DNA of 46,012 bases, taken from contig CANNKH010000001.1 of assembly GCA_947504985.1 (NCBI GenBank), forward strand, positions 1 through 46,012. The letters run 5' to 3'. The notes under the pieces are model-generated. The model worked only from the letters and a program-made list of their open reading frames with translations. It did not search any database and was not told the origin of the DNA. Positions 28,657 to 37,723 of the stretch are shown piece by piece; position 1 is the stretch's first letter; every line of letters begins with the position of its first letter. A program made the translations under genes and the position numbers. Source of the DNA: Methylococcaceae bacterium (GTDB lineage Bacteria > Pseudomonadota > Gammaproteobacteria > Methylococcales > Methylomonadaceae).

Positions 28657-29616
28657 TTATAGCCGCACCAAATTCTTTTGAATTACTGATATTACTTCAT
28701 CAAAAGGGGGTTGTCCTTGATAATAAAGTGCAGCACGGCGCTCGTATTCCTTTTTGTAAAGATCTCGTGTATGAGCATCGCTTAGAACAAGAGCTTCATT
28801 TTCTACGAGGTCTTTCTGAAGATCAATATTGGGGAAACGCAGATTCTTATGGGCATAGTATTCATCCGTACCAATAAATGTTTGAACTAAATCATTTTGT
28901 AACAGGCAGAAAACATCATAATAATGACGCATAAAGTTAGGTGGAAATATGCCGCCTGCAACTTTGTATTGCCTATGTTTAGTGACGATAGCCTGTAACT
29001 TTTCTACCAGAGTATAACCGGGGTCATAACAATGGATTTGATATGCTCTACTATCAAGGACATCAACTTTTTTATCTAAGGCAAAATCCATGCCCCATGA
29101 GCTGATGTCTAAGGGCCGATTTGGGGTAACATTATCAAATCCAACTTCGAGTAGAACTCCTTCTTTAGCGCTGCCATCTGATGGAAACTTAGATTCATAA
29201 TAAAGTCGAATACCGCCACTAAAATATTTCGGTGGGCTATCAAACTGCGTATCTCGATCAACTTTTACAATGCCAGGTATACTGATGCTACTGGCCAGAT
29301 AATCGTAATAGTCCTTGCGACCTTGGCAGTCCTTTTCCTTGTCATGGTTTTTGGATGTTCGTATTTGCAAGCCTTCTGGAGGAACAATTAGAATATCAAT
29401 GTCTTCAGAGAAACGATGAATGATACCGTACCCTTTAGAAAGTGATGTCCCGCCCTTAAGCTGAAACACATACCCAGCTAGTTTGAGGCCATAAAGACAG
29501 TGCATGATCCAATAGTCCTTTTCAGCTAGGTACGGATCGATATTGCGCTCACCCGCTACGATTCTAATAAGGTCGCTAAAATCAGTGTGATCATAGAGAT
29601 AGACGTTAGGTGGCAT
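28657..29616 (-). CDS. abiEii: AbiEii/AbiGii-family nucleotidyltransferase toxin (type IV TA)
   Basis: AEKDY, LKGGTSLSK, RFSEDIDI, TLVEKL and RHYYD motifs. Confidence 0.92.
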   Translation of the reverse strand: MPPNVYLYDHTDFSDLIRIVAGERNIDPYLAEKDYWIMHCLYGLKLAGYVFQLKGGTSLSKGYGIIHRFSEDIDILIVPPEGLQIRTSKNHDKEKDCQGRKDYYDYLASSISIPGIVKVDRDTQFDSPPKYFSGGIRLYYESKFPSDGSAKEGVLLEVGFDNVTPNRPLDISSWGMDFALDKKVDVLDSRAYQIHCYDPGYTLVEKLQAIVTKHRQYKVAGGIFPPNFMRHYYDVFCLLQNDLVQTFIGTDEYYAHKNLRFPNIDLQKDLVENEALVLSDAHTRDLYKKEYERRAALYYQGQPPFDEVISVIQKNLVRL

Positions 29617-30202
29617 GATTCATCTCGTCAGAACGGAATAGTTTTTCAAAAAAACTTTGTGTTCTTGCCCCTGCATACATTTTAACGGCATTCATCAGTT
29701 TGACCTTATCCATGGTGAGTACTTTTTCGGTAACGTTATTAAGAATACTTTCTTTATCTTCCGCTAAGAATTTAAGATTGTTGATAAGATCGACTAGCAA
29801 GAACTCCTGACTGCTTTTTTCAGGAAATCGTGATCTTTTTAGGAAATAAAATTGTCGTCCATTCAGGACAAATCTGCCGTCACGCTTATGGTTATAAACC
29901 AACTTCTCATTGTAAAGTTGCGTTGTGCCTATACCTAGGGAGTTATAAGCATTTAAGGATGCCATATAAAAATGATCATCTTTAAGGAAAGCTTGGATAA
30001 GCGTTACGTCCTCTGGCGGTACATCACCAAAGGCTGTTTTCTTAGGGCAGTAGTAAACTCCTCCCGAAAGCTTTTGAATAACCCCTTTGCTGACAAGTTG
30101 CTGTATATGGCGATCGACGGAATTTGACCATTGGACTAGATCAGCCCGCCGATAAACTTGCCCGGGCTGAAGATGTTCTTGTAGTTCATTAACTTTATGC
30201 AT
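29606..30202 (-). CDS. abiEi: AbiEi-like antitoxin / winged-helix regulator
   Basis: LVSKGVIQKLSGGVYY wHTH and NSLGIGTTQ motif. Overlaps the toxin gene. Confidence 0.82.
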   Translation of the reverse strand: MHKVNELQEHLQPGQVYRRADLVQWSNSVDRHIQQLVSKGVIQKLSGGVYYCPKKTAFGDVPPEDVTLIQAFLKDDHFYMASLNAYNSLGIGTTQLYNEKLVYNHKRDGRFVLNGRQFYFLKRSRFPEKSSQEFLLVDLINNLKFLAEDKESILNNVTEKVLTMDKVKLMNAVKMYAGARTQSFFEKLFRSDEMNHAT

Positions 30203-30468
30203 AACCCCCTCCTTAGGTTGTTACTATAAAACAACTTAGGGTTGATGTCATTTTTTTAGTCTAAAAAACATGCAAATTTTCTTAATATCTTCTACATCTG
30301 ATCATATTAATTAAATCAGAACCTTGAGAAAAAACTTTAACGAGCAATGTGTATTTATTAAGCGCCATTAATACAACTAATCTCAAACCGAATAATTCAC
30401 TTTTATGTTGCTAATTAGATAGTAAGTAAGTAACTATTGCTATACTTGATGTCATTTTTATTTACCAA

Positions 30469-31521
30469 TCAAGCATCACCAAATATTTTGGCATTCATGC
30501 TGGCAACCACATTACTTACATGGCCGTCTGATAAATGGGCATACCTCTTAACCATGCTCAGTGTTTTATGCCCGAGAATCTCAGCTATTTCAGCCAATGA
30601 CGCGCCGTCCATAGCTAGATATGATGCAGTGCTATGTCTTAGGTCATGCCAATGAAAGTCTTTAATATCTGCTCGCTCCATGGCATATTTAAAGGCACTC
30701 CTTATGTCTATCGGCTTTTGTGGATTTGATATGCTTGGGAATAATAGGGGAGTATCAATACGTCTAATTTTATTGTGTTCATGTAGTAGTAATAAGCCTA
30801 AGCCAGATAATGGAACGCGCCTCTTTGTGCCGTTTTTTGTTTTGTGTAGAATTAAAAAATTGTCTTTAAGATTTATATCCTGCCATTGTAAATTCATTAG
30901 TTCACTTAGGCGCATACCTGTCGATAATGCCAAAATAACGCATATATAAAGCCAGTCACTAGACGATTCTTTACAGGCTTCTAGTAGTTTTACTCGCTCA
31001 TTATCATCAAGCCATCTGACGCGCCCATCAGGTTCAGTGGGTCTTGTTACTTTTCGCGTGGGATTTTCTTGTACCCATTGCCATTCATTGACTGCAATTT
31101 TAAACGTATGGGACAACGCAGCTAAATACCTAACTACTGTAGCTGGAGCGCGTGTTTCCGCTAATGAGTCTCTACACTCTACAATCAATGGAGGTGTAAT
31201 GTCAGCTAAACAATAAACGCCTAGTTTATTTTTCCACCATAACAATTTACTTTTGCGCTCTTTCTGCTCCTTTTCGTTATATTTTGGTAATTCGACCTTA
31301 ATATATCTATCTACCAAATCTGAAAAGCTATGTTTTTTAGCTTCGGTTGTCTTGAAGTGCCTACCTTCTTTGATGGCTGCTTCGGTAACTATTACCCATT
31401 TTTTAGCATCAGTTAATCGTGGAAAGGTTGCCGTTTGTGCTGGATAGTTTTTTAGTCGAACTTGAACGGTATAGTAAGGTTTGCCGTCTGCGGTTATACG
31501 CTTAGTAATTGTAGCCATCAT
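30469..31521 (-). CDS. int: Tyrosine recombinase (integrase)
   Basis: TGMRLSEL, TKNG, WHDLRH, LGHK...MVKRYAH: catalytic residues intact. Adjacent to the tRNA att fragment. Confidence 0.95.
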   Translation of the reverse strand: MMATITKRITADGKPYYTVQVRLKNYPAQTATFPRLTDAKKWVIVTEAAIKEGRHFKTTEAKKHSFSDLVDRYIKVELPKYNEKEQKERKSKLLWWKNKLGVYCLADITPPLIVECRDSLAETRAPATVVRYLAALSHTFKIAVNEWQWVQENPTRKVTRPTEPDGRVRWLDDNERVKLLEACKESSSDWLYICVILALSTGMRLSELMNLQWQDINLKDNFLILHKTKNGTKRRVPLSGLGLLLLHEHNKIRRIDTPLLFPSISNPQKPIDIRSAFKYAMERADIKDFHWHDLRHSTASYLAMDGASLAEIAEILGHKTLSMVKRYAHLSDGHVSNVVASMNAKIFGDA

Positions 31522-31659
31522 TGTTCCTATAGGGTAACAGTCGGCTTTTTAATATGATGTATTCAGCCATTGCTTAACCAAGAATTAAGTTATTGGTAAG
31601 GTCTTGCATAGTGGTGTTACACCTGCGAGGCGCCTTTGTTTCTAGGGATTTATTATACC

Positions 31660-31681
31660 CTCACGTTGCACTCACGTTGCA
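31660..31681 (+). repeat. Tandem 11-bp repeat, likely integrase arm-type sites
   Basis: CTCACGTTGCA twice, between the int start and the att core. Confidence 0.6.
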
Positions 31682-31793
31682 ATTAAATATAAAAAATGGC
31701 AATAAGTGGCAGTAACTGATAACAGCATAAATATTTAAGTCTTTGATTTATTTGCCATTGATTGTTATGGTGTGTTGGTGATTTTTTATTAAA

Positions 31794-31853
31794 TCGGATT
31801 CAAAATCCGGTTGGGGTGACTCAGTGCCGGTTCGATTCCGGCTCTCGGTACCA
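31794..31853 (+). tRNA. Displaced 3' half of tRNA-Leu(CAA), attR; not an intact gene
   Basis: Anticodon arm TCGGA-TTCAAAA-TCCGG, long variable arm, T arm GCCGG-TTCGATT-CCGGC, acceptor 3' strand and CCA. No D arm or 5' acceptor strand upstream. Confidence 0.88.
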
Positions 31854-32164
31854 ATTAAAGGTTCGAGTATGTGCAAAGAGATATAAAAACCCGCAAGTCT
31901 TAAGGCTTAGCGGGTTTTTTATTGCCTGATATTATTCAACTGGGTTTAATAAGATTCATCGACAATCAGGGGTAAGTGCGGGTAACATTAGTGGTAACTT
32001 ATTCACGACCCTTAAAAGTTACCCCGCTTATGTCGCTATCAGATACTACATGTAAGAATGCCCATAAACACGAAAAGACCCGCACAGGTACCAATTAAAG
32101 GTTCGAGTATGTGCAAAGAGATATAAAAACCCGCAAGTCTTAAGGCTTAGCGGGTTTTTTATTG
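31847..32164 (+). repeat. Exact 78-bp direct repeat (31847-31924 and 32087-32164): tRNA 3' end GGTACCA plus terminator
   Basis: Identical sequence at 240-bp offset, containing AAAAACCCGC-AAGTCTTAAGGCTT-AGCGGGTTTTTT. Confidence 0.95.
32030..32098 (+). pseudogene. N-terminal stump of a P4-type integrase
   Basis: MSLSDTTCKNAHK resembles the usual M.LTD..CKNAK start. Preceded by GGGTAA(C) repeats and an inverted GTTACCCC (arm-like sites). Cut off at the second GGTACCA. Confidence 0.6.
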
Positions 32165-32280
32165 TCCAGTGAAATGCAACCAAATGCAACTAAATCCACT
32201 TGAAAGTATGTCCTAATTTATGTCCTTTGCTATAGTATTAAAAAAAAGGACCTAAATTAGGGGATGAAACGACGATTGCT

Positions 32281-32800
32281 ATGAATATCAATAAAGATAT
32301 GGTCTATAAGGCGGCCAAATCTAAAGAAAAAGATTACATGATTAATGATGGCGGCGGACTCTATATGTTCGTGGGTAAAAACGGTGCCAAGTTGTGGCGG
32401 CTTATTTATACCTTCGAAAAAAAACAAAAAAACTCGCCCTGGGTAGTTGCCCAAACATTACTTTAGAAACCGCTAGGCGTAAAGCAGAAGCCGCCCGAGA
32501 CCAAATCGGCAATAATATAGATCCTAGTGACACTAAAAAAGAAAAAAAACCATTCAACAATTGGCGAGTGATAATAAAAACCGTCTTGATGCTGGTTTAC
32601 CCATACTTAACAGCTTTGAATATGTGACTCGTGAATGGTTGGTCGTATCAGTTCATCTTGTTAGAGACATTACCCACAACAAGAAAATAAGGCGCTTTGA
32701 GAATCTGGATGAGCGCAGAAGAATGATGCAATCATGGAGCGATTACCTAGATATACTAAAGAATGGTGCGCAGGTGATAGATTTAAAAAGGATGGTGTAG
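32281..32800 (+). pseudogene. P4-type integrase relic (arm-binding domain fused to the last helix)
   Basis: DGGGLYMFV...GAKLWR..Y, LALGSCPNITLETARRKA...IDPS and ERRRMMQSWSDYLD lie in three frames. The catalytic domain is deleted. Confidence 0.88.
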
Positions 32801-32954
32801 TTGTGACAAATGAAACTAACTCATTATTAATTAGCGAAATATTCCTTGATGAAGATAGTTTTAATCTAAGAAAGATATTGAACTTAACAATTTACTAGAA
32901 ATGATGCAATGCCGCTCAGGGTAGTTGATGTGCCTTTAATTCAGATGGCTTAAA

Positions 32955-33476
32955 CTAAAGAATATCTAAATCCAAGAACATTAGATGGTAATTAGATACG
33001 TCGGCTTCGTAAGAGTTTAGAGTCGTAAAACCCTGTTTATCGTAGAATTCAACAGCCTCAATTTTGGCATCAGTCACTACGAATCTACAGCCGACACTAT
33101 CTGCGACCCTATCCCTAATTAGGGCAATCGAAAAATCAACTAATGCAGAACCAATTCCTTTGCCTCAAAACCGAGAATCAACTGCTAATCGAGCAATTTT
33201 AACTGCCGGCAAATATTCATAATTGTTTGCATGACTACAATTTGAAAGATCATAATTTTCTTGTAAATCAATCTCGCTGCAAGTCAAAGTAATAAAGCCA
33301 GCAATGACACCATCAATAAGGGCTACATAGGTCTGGGCTACATTAGATTGCTGAAACGTTTTCGCTTGTTTTTGTAAAAATGTTTTTAAAGGCAAGAAAG
33401 CTTCACTGCCTAGATTGAAGTGCTGAACATTATCAGTTTGCTCAAGCTTGCGGATATAGAAGCTGGGTTCAACCAT
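32955..33476 (-). pseudogene. GNAT acetyltransferase toxin (TacT/AtaT-like) with one premature stop
   Basis: PAVKIARLAVDSRF*GKGIGSALV...GCRFVVTDAK..AVEFYDKQGF...MFLDL. The frame stays open after the TGA at 33165-33167. Confidence 0.88.
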
Positions 33477-33678
33477 TATGCTTAAATTCTATTGACTGCC
33501 CTTCAGTGACACGTTTCAATATTTCACGGCCACGCTTTAACGCAGCAGAAGCCTTTGGATTGCTCTTCCTCCCATTCATGATTTGCAGAAACTTATCTGC
33601 ATCGCTGCCGTTCAATTCTACACGCCCAAAAGTACTACTTTTGATAGCCATATAACACCCCAGTATTATGATTAACAT
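33469..33678 (-). CDS. Probable antitoxin of the GNAT TA pair (DUF1778-like C-terminal part)
   Basis: VELNGSDADKFLQIM...NPKASAALKR. Overlaps the GNAT start. Confidence 0.65.
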   Translation of the reverse strand: MLIIILGCYMAIKSSTFGRVELNGSDADKFLQIMNGRKSNPKASAALKRGREILKRVTEGQSIEFKHNG

Positions 33679-34007
33679 AATGATTGTATTAGAATTTTCC
33701 GATTAGGTATATGAGTTTAGTGTTGTTATTTACCTAGTACCAATACTTGTTCCGGCATCAAGAGTTTTAACTAGCCTAAGTGGCAATCTTTAGGTGAAAG
33801 ACTATCTCTATTAACAAACGTAGAATTGACAGATGTCGTTTTGTTGGAAGTATAGTGACTGTCTTATTAATATATAGCGTCAATTATCTTAGCTGATTTA
33901 GTATTGTGGCGCTAGTTGTTCAAGTAAGTATAATGAGGCGTAGTAAGGTACAAAAAGACAAACAATAACGATTCATTATTTAATTTATAAATCAATAGGT
34001 TGGTTAT

Positions 34008-34235
34008 ATGGCAACATTAGAGCTAGACAACGAAACGACAGCGTTACTATCTGAGATGGCAGAAAATGAACATACCACCTTGGCGCAACTAGCCAACAGG
34101 TTATTGATCGAATGCTTAGAGGATTGGCAAGACGCACGAGCAGCAGATAAAGCTTATCAGCGTATTGTTGATGGTGATGCCAAGATTTTATCGTGGGACG
34201 AAGTCAAGGCGGGGCTTTATGACATGGATAATTAA
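34008..34235 (+). CDS. RelB-type/RHH antitoxin
   Basis: Acidic 75-aa protein, LEDWQD...A and ILSWDEVK tail, overlapping the toxin gene. Confidence 0.8.
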   Translation: MATLELDNETTALLSEMAENEHTTLAQLANRLLIECLEDWQDARAADKAYQRIVDGDAKILSWDEVKAGLYDMDN

Positions 34236-34482
34236 CCTTGATTCAAGAGCAGCCAAAACATTAAAAGCAATCGACAAGCCAACAAAACAAAGAATTGAAT
34301 CTTTTATTAATCAACTTGCTTTAACAACCCACCCACGCACCACAGGTAAAGCCTTACAAGGTCAACTTGCTGGCTATTGGCGTTATCGTGTTGGTGATTA
34401 TCGGCTTATTTGCCACATTAAAGACGGTGAGCTTATTATTTTGGTTGTCGAGATCGGACACCGTAAAGAGATATACCGATAA
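34219..34482 (+). CDS. relE: RelE/ParE-family toxin
   Basis: MTWIINLD..AAKTLK, PRTTGKALQG, WRYRVGDYRLI, IGHRKEIYR. ATG 34219 preferred over the track start. Confidence 0.92.
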   Translation: MTWIINLDSRAAKTLKAIDKPTKQRIESFINQLALTTHPRTTGKALQGQLAGYWRYRVGDYRLICHIKDGELIILVVEIGHRKEIYR

Positions 34483-35454
34483 CACACCTGTTATAATCAC
34501 CTTAACCAGATAGGCTTAGCGGCTTATAAACTGGAATCGTTCCTTAGTTTCTGGTTATTCCTTTCTGAACGATTACACCTTGAACGGAGTGTTAGCGTGG
34601 TTAAACCATTAGAACATTGGGATTTACACAATAAACTCACGGTACGCCAATCAGTTTTATTAATGCTTGGTTTAAATCCAACTTCGTTTAAACCCATATT
34701 AAAACATATCAAGCTGATCTTTAAGCGGTTTCTTTAGATCGTACAACTATTGGTCAATGGCTAAATTTAGCATACTCTAGCTATCGTAACTGGGATTACC
34801 GATGCCGCTACTATTACTATTGTAAGTAATTCTTGGTAATTGTTTTTTTGATGGTATATCTAAGTTTGCGTTAGGTAGCTATAACTACTTAATGTAACCT
34901 CACTTTAGTAGGTTTAATTCGGTTAATAGTTAAACTTATCCAGATACCAATCTAAAAATTTGATTGGTATTCTTTTTATTATGGCTGCTCTCTGGTATAG
35001 ACCGCACTTTGCATGACTAACATCGTGTTTGCGACCATCATCATAATCTAACTAGAAGCGCGCACCTCTATATCCCGACTGATATGCATCTGTGTCTTTC
35101 GTACAAAACAAACCACTGAACGGTCGGTTATATTATTTATCAACTTATGACTATAATTTACTGTTTACTGTTTACAAATTATATAGTCGTATCTGACTTA
35201 AAAACCTTAGTTTATTATTGTTTTATTTTTATTTTATTTGTATGTTAATGTAAGTGACTTGCTATTTTATGGCGGTTGGAGAATTGGCGTTCTTCACTTA
35301 AATTATTACCTATTTAGTTATTTTGATGAGGTAAGTAAAGACTACTTTTATTAGTGGTTTGATTTAAGTCAAATACGCCAATCTTTTCTTATCTCATCAC
35401 CCAAAAATTGATTGTTATTCTGACTTAAAGGATTGTTTAATTCTTGGAGGATAT

Positions 35455-35643
35455 ATGACTAGTCATGAAAAAATATTTATTGCTAATTTAGATGATAAAT
35501 TAGGCCATATTGCGAATTATTATAGTAATCTTATTGATTCATTTGAAATAAATGGTGCATCTCATATTTTAAAAGCACAGATTCTACGAGAAGCGTTGTA
35601 TTTACTTATAGATGATTTAGATGTCTATATAAAAAAATATTAA
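35455..35643 (+). CDS. Small hypothetical protein
   Basis: 62-aa ORF with a strong GGAGG RBS in AT-rich DNA. Confidence 0.45.
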   Translation: MTSHEKIFIANLDDKLGHIANYYSNLIDSFEINGASHILKAQILREALYLLIDDLDVYIKKY

Positions 35644-35915
35644 GTTAAAAATTCTCCACCTCGATAATAGGTCTTTTAGTTGGGCATGCGCTAGACTCGC
35701 ATTTAGCCTTAGACTCTGCGAAACTTTGCCATTGCATATTCGATGGATCATCAGCACAACCAAATGCTTATGCGGTTATGTGGTTAATGGTATATCCTAG
35801 AAACGAACCATAATTGTTTACGTTACTTGGGCAGGGATGTGATTATTTAAACTCATCCTTAGCCTTCTGGCGGCGCTCTCTTGTAAATTATGGTTTCGAA
35901 AAGTTCAAAGACACC

Positions 35916-35954
35916 AATGGCCTAGGGAACATTAATGTTCACTAGGCCATTTTT
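35916..35954. terminator. Strong hairpin, probable terminator
   Basis: AATGGCCTAG-G-GAACAT-TA-ATGTTC-A-CTAGGCCATT followed by a T run, about 100 bp beyond the phoU stop. Confidence 0.65.
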
Positions 35955-36047
35955 CATTGTGCTGTAGTATTCTGCTAAAGCCTTTCTTTGCGCACTTTAA
36001 AAACACCAGCAACTCTTGCCAATATTCTAGTCCTAAAAAGAACGCTA

Positions 36048-36773
36048 TTACCGAGGATGTTCTTGACCTTTAATTTTCTTAATTAATTTCTTTTGGCTTA
36101 AATGACGTACATTTTCACCTTTAATCGTAAAAACTAAATGTTCACAGATATGCCGTGTATGGTCACCTATTCGTTCTAACGCACGAGCTGTAGTCAATAC
36201 ATCTAAAGAATGAGTAATGTTTTGTGGATTGTCTATCATGCAGGTAATCAATAACTTAACTATATTTTCATATTCATGATCTACTTTTTCATCATATCCG
36301 ATAATATCAGGAACATCTTCAATAGACATCCTAGAAAAGGCATCTATCGCTTGATCTAACATAGTATTGACCAACCCCACCATACGATCAAGATCATGTT
36401 TAGGTACATGATGAGTGTTATTTAATAATTTGATAGCCATTTCAGCGATACGCTTGGTGTTATTACCAATTCTTTCTAGTTCATGGATGATTTTAATGAT
36501 CGCAAGCAACAGTCTTAAATCAAAGGCTTTGGGCTGTCTGATGGCCAAAATTTTATTACATTCCAAATTAATCGCTATTTCTAACGCATTAATTTGACTA
36601 TCCTGACTAATTACCTGTTCTGCCAGCTCTACATCACTTAAAGTTAGTGCCTTTATAGCTAGTTTTAGTTGTTGCCCAACCAAGTCCCCCATAGTTAATA
36701 CTTTATGATGAACGTCCTCCAGTTCTTTATTGAATAGCCGGGATATATGAAGGCTTATTTTACTGTGATCCAT
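36048..36773 (-). CDS. phoU: Phosphate signalling complex protein PhoU
   Basis: HISRLFNKELE, RQPKAFDLR, ELERIG and ALERIGDH PhoU repeats. Confidence 0.93.
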   Translation of the reverse strand: MDHSKISLHISRLFNKELEDVHHKVLTMGDLVGQQLKLAIKALTLSDVELAEQVISQDSQINALEIAINLECNKILAIRQPKAFDLRLLLAIIKIIHELERIGNNTKRIAEMAIKLLNNTHHVPKHDLDRMVGLVNTMLDQAIDAFSRMSIEDVPDIIGYDEKVDHEYENIVKLLITCMIDNPQNITHSLDVLTTARALERIGDHTRHICEHLVFTIKGENVRHLSQKKLIKKIKGQEHPR

Positions 36774-37142
36774 TGTCTGTTCCTTAATTAGCCATACCGA
36801 ACGGTAAAGTAGTCTTTTGTGTGGGTTGTACTAGGATTAGTTCAACTTATTAGCAACATCTTAAAGTAAAGTGGAGGCAATAAAATAAGAGGAATATAAA
36901 TGATTTTAATTAAATAAAGCCCACTATCTTTAGGGTAATGGGCTTCAGATAGACTCCTATACTAATAGGTTGGTACTACTCACACGTCTTAATTTAACAG
37001 GTGAGCCCTCATTAAAAGACTCAGGGCTATTGTTAATTAAATTCTAAAGAAAGAAAATACGTAGAAATACCTATATCTTCACTTAACGTCCTATCAGCTA
37101 AGTAATTAGTGTTTCACAGGAAGGCTATACTATTGGTGAATA

Positions 37143-37385
37143 TTATGGGGGGCTAGACAATTTATCCCTTCTTAAGGGATCGAGTAGTGGTTTCAATCCA
37201 TTGTGATCTATTTCCTGCATCAGTGCCAATAACTGGCCTAACTCATTATTAGGAAATCCTTTTCGTGCGAACCAATTAAGGTAGTTACCAGGTAAATCTG
37301 CAATGACTAGCCCTTTATATTTTCCGTAAGGCATGACAAATATAACCAACTTATGTAGATCTTCGGATTTCATCGGTAAGCTCAA
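37143..37385 (-). CDS. DUF3820-family small protein
   Basis: MPYGKYKG..IADLPGNYLNWF..KGFP..ELG.LL..M.EI..NGL..LL.PL. Confidence 0.85.
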   Translation of the reverse strand: MSLPMKSEDLHKLVIFVMPYGKYKGLVIADLPGNYLNWFARKGFPNNELGQLLALMQEIDHNGLKPLLDPLRRDKLSSPP

Positions 37386-37723
37386 TTCAGGAATATGACT
37401 TCGGGTTTTCTATTTGACCATATTGCAGTGTAATGACCCAATAAAACACGTTACTTTGTTAGCATATTTTTATTGAAAACAACATTGATTTTTTATACCT
37501 GAGATTTTGGCGCGTGATGTTGATTACTCTATTCATGACTTAATCTTAAAATCTATAGAAATTTTAAGTATTTCTACGGATAGCTTTTGTGTTTTTAGTT
37601 TGGTTAAATTAATTGTGGTTTGAAACTCTTTGCTTGAAAAAGTGTAATCTTTTGATTCAACGTGTATTTGCCCTATCGGTTCTGGAGGCTACTCAAATCC
37701 TGTCGCACAGCGCAGCGTAGGCT

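Noticed and set aside
31794-31853. Intact tRNA, or tRNA-Sec(UCA)
   Set aside because: The 7-nt loop TTCAAAA centres on CAA (Leu), and the D arm and 5' acceptor strand are missing.
33165-33167. Selenocysteine or recoded TGA in the GNAT gene (and at 23106 in the transposase)
   Set aside because: Both positions correspond to Arg (CGA to TGA), not Cys, and TGA is used as a normal stop throughout the window.
34500-35450. Possible gene remnant on the minus strand, including ORF 34524-34712
   Set aside because: Broken by multiple stops with no recognisable family. It may be decayed island DNA but cannot be called.
37508-37525. sigma54 promoter for the GGDEF-EAL gene
   Set aside because: TGGCGCG is present but there is no GC at the required GG-N10 spacing.
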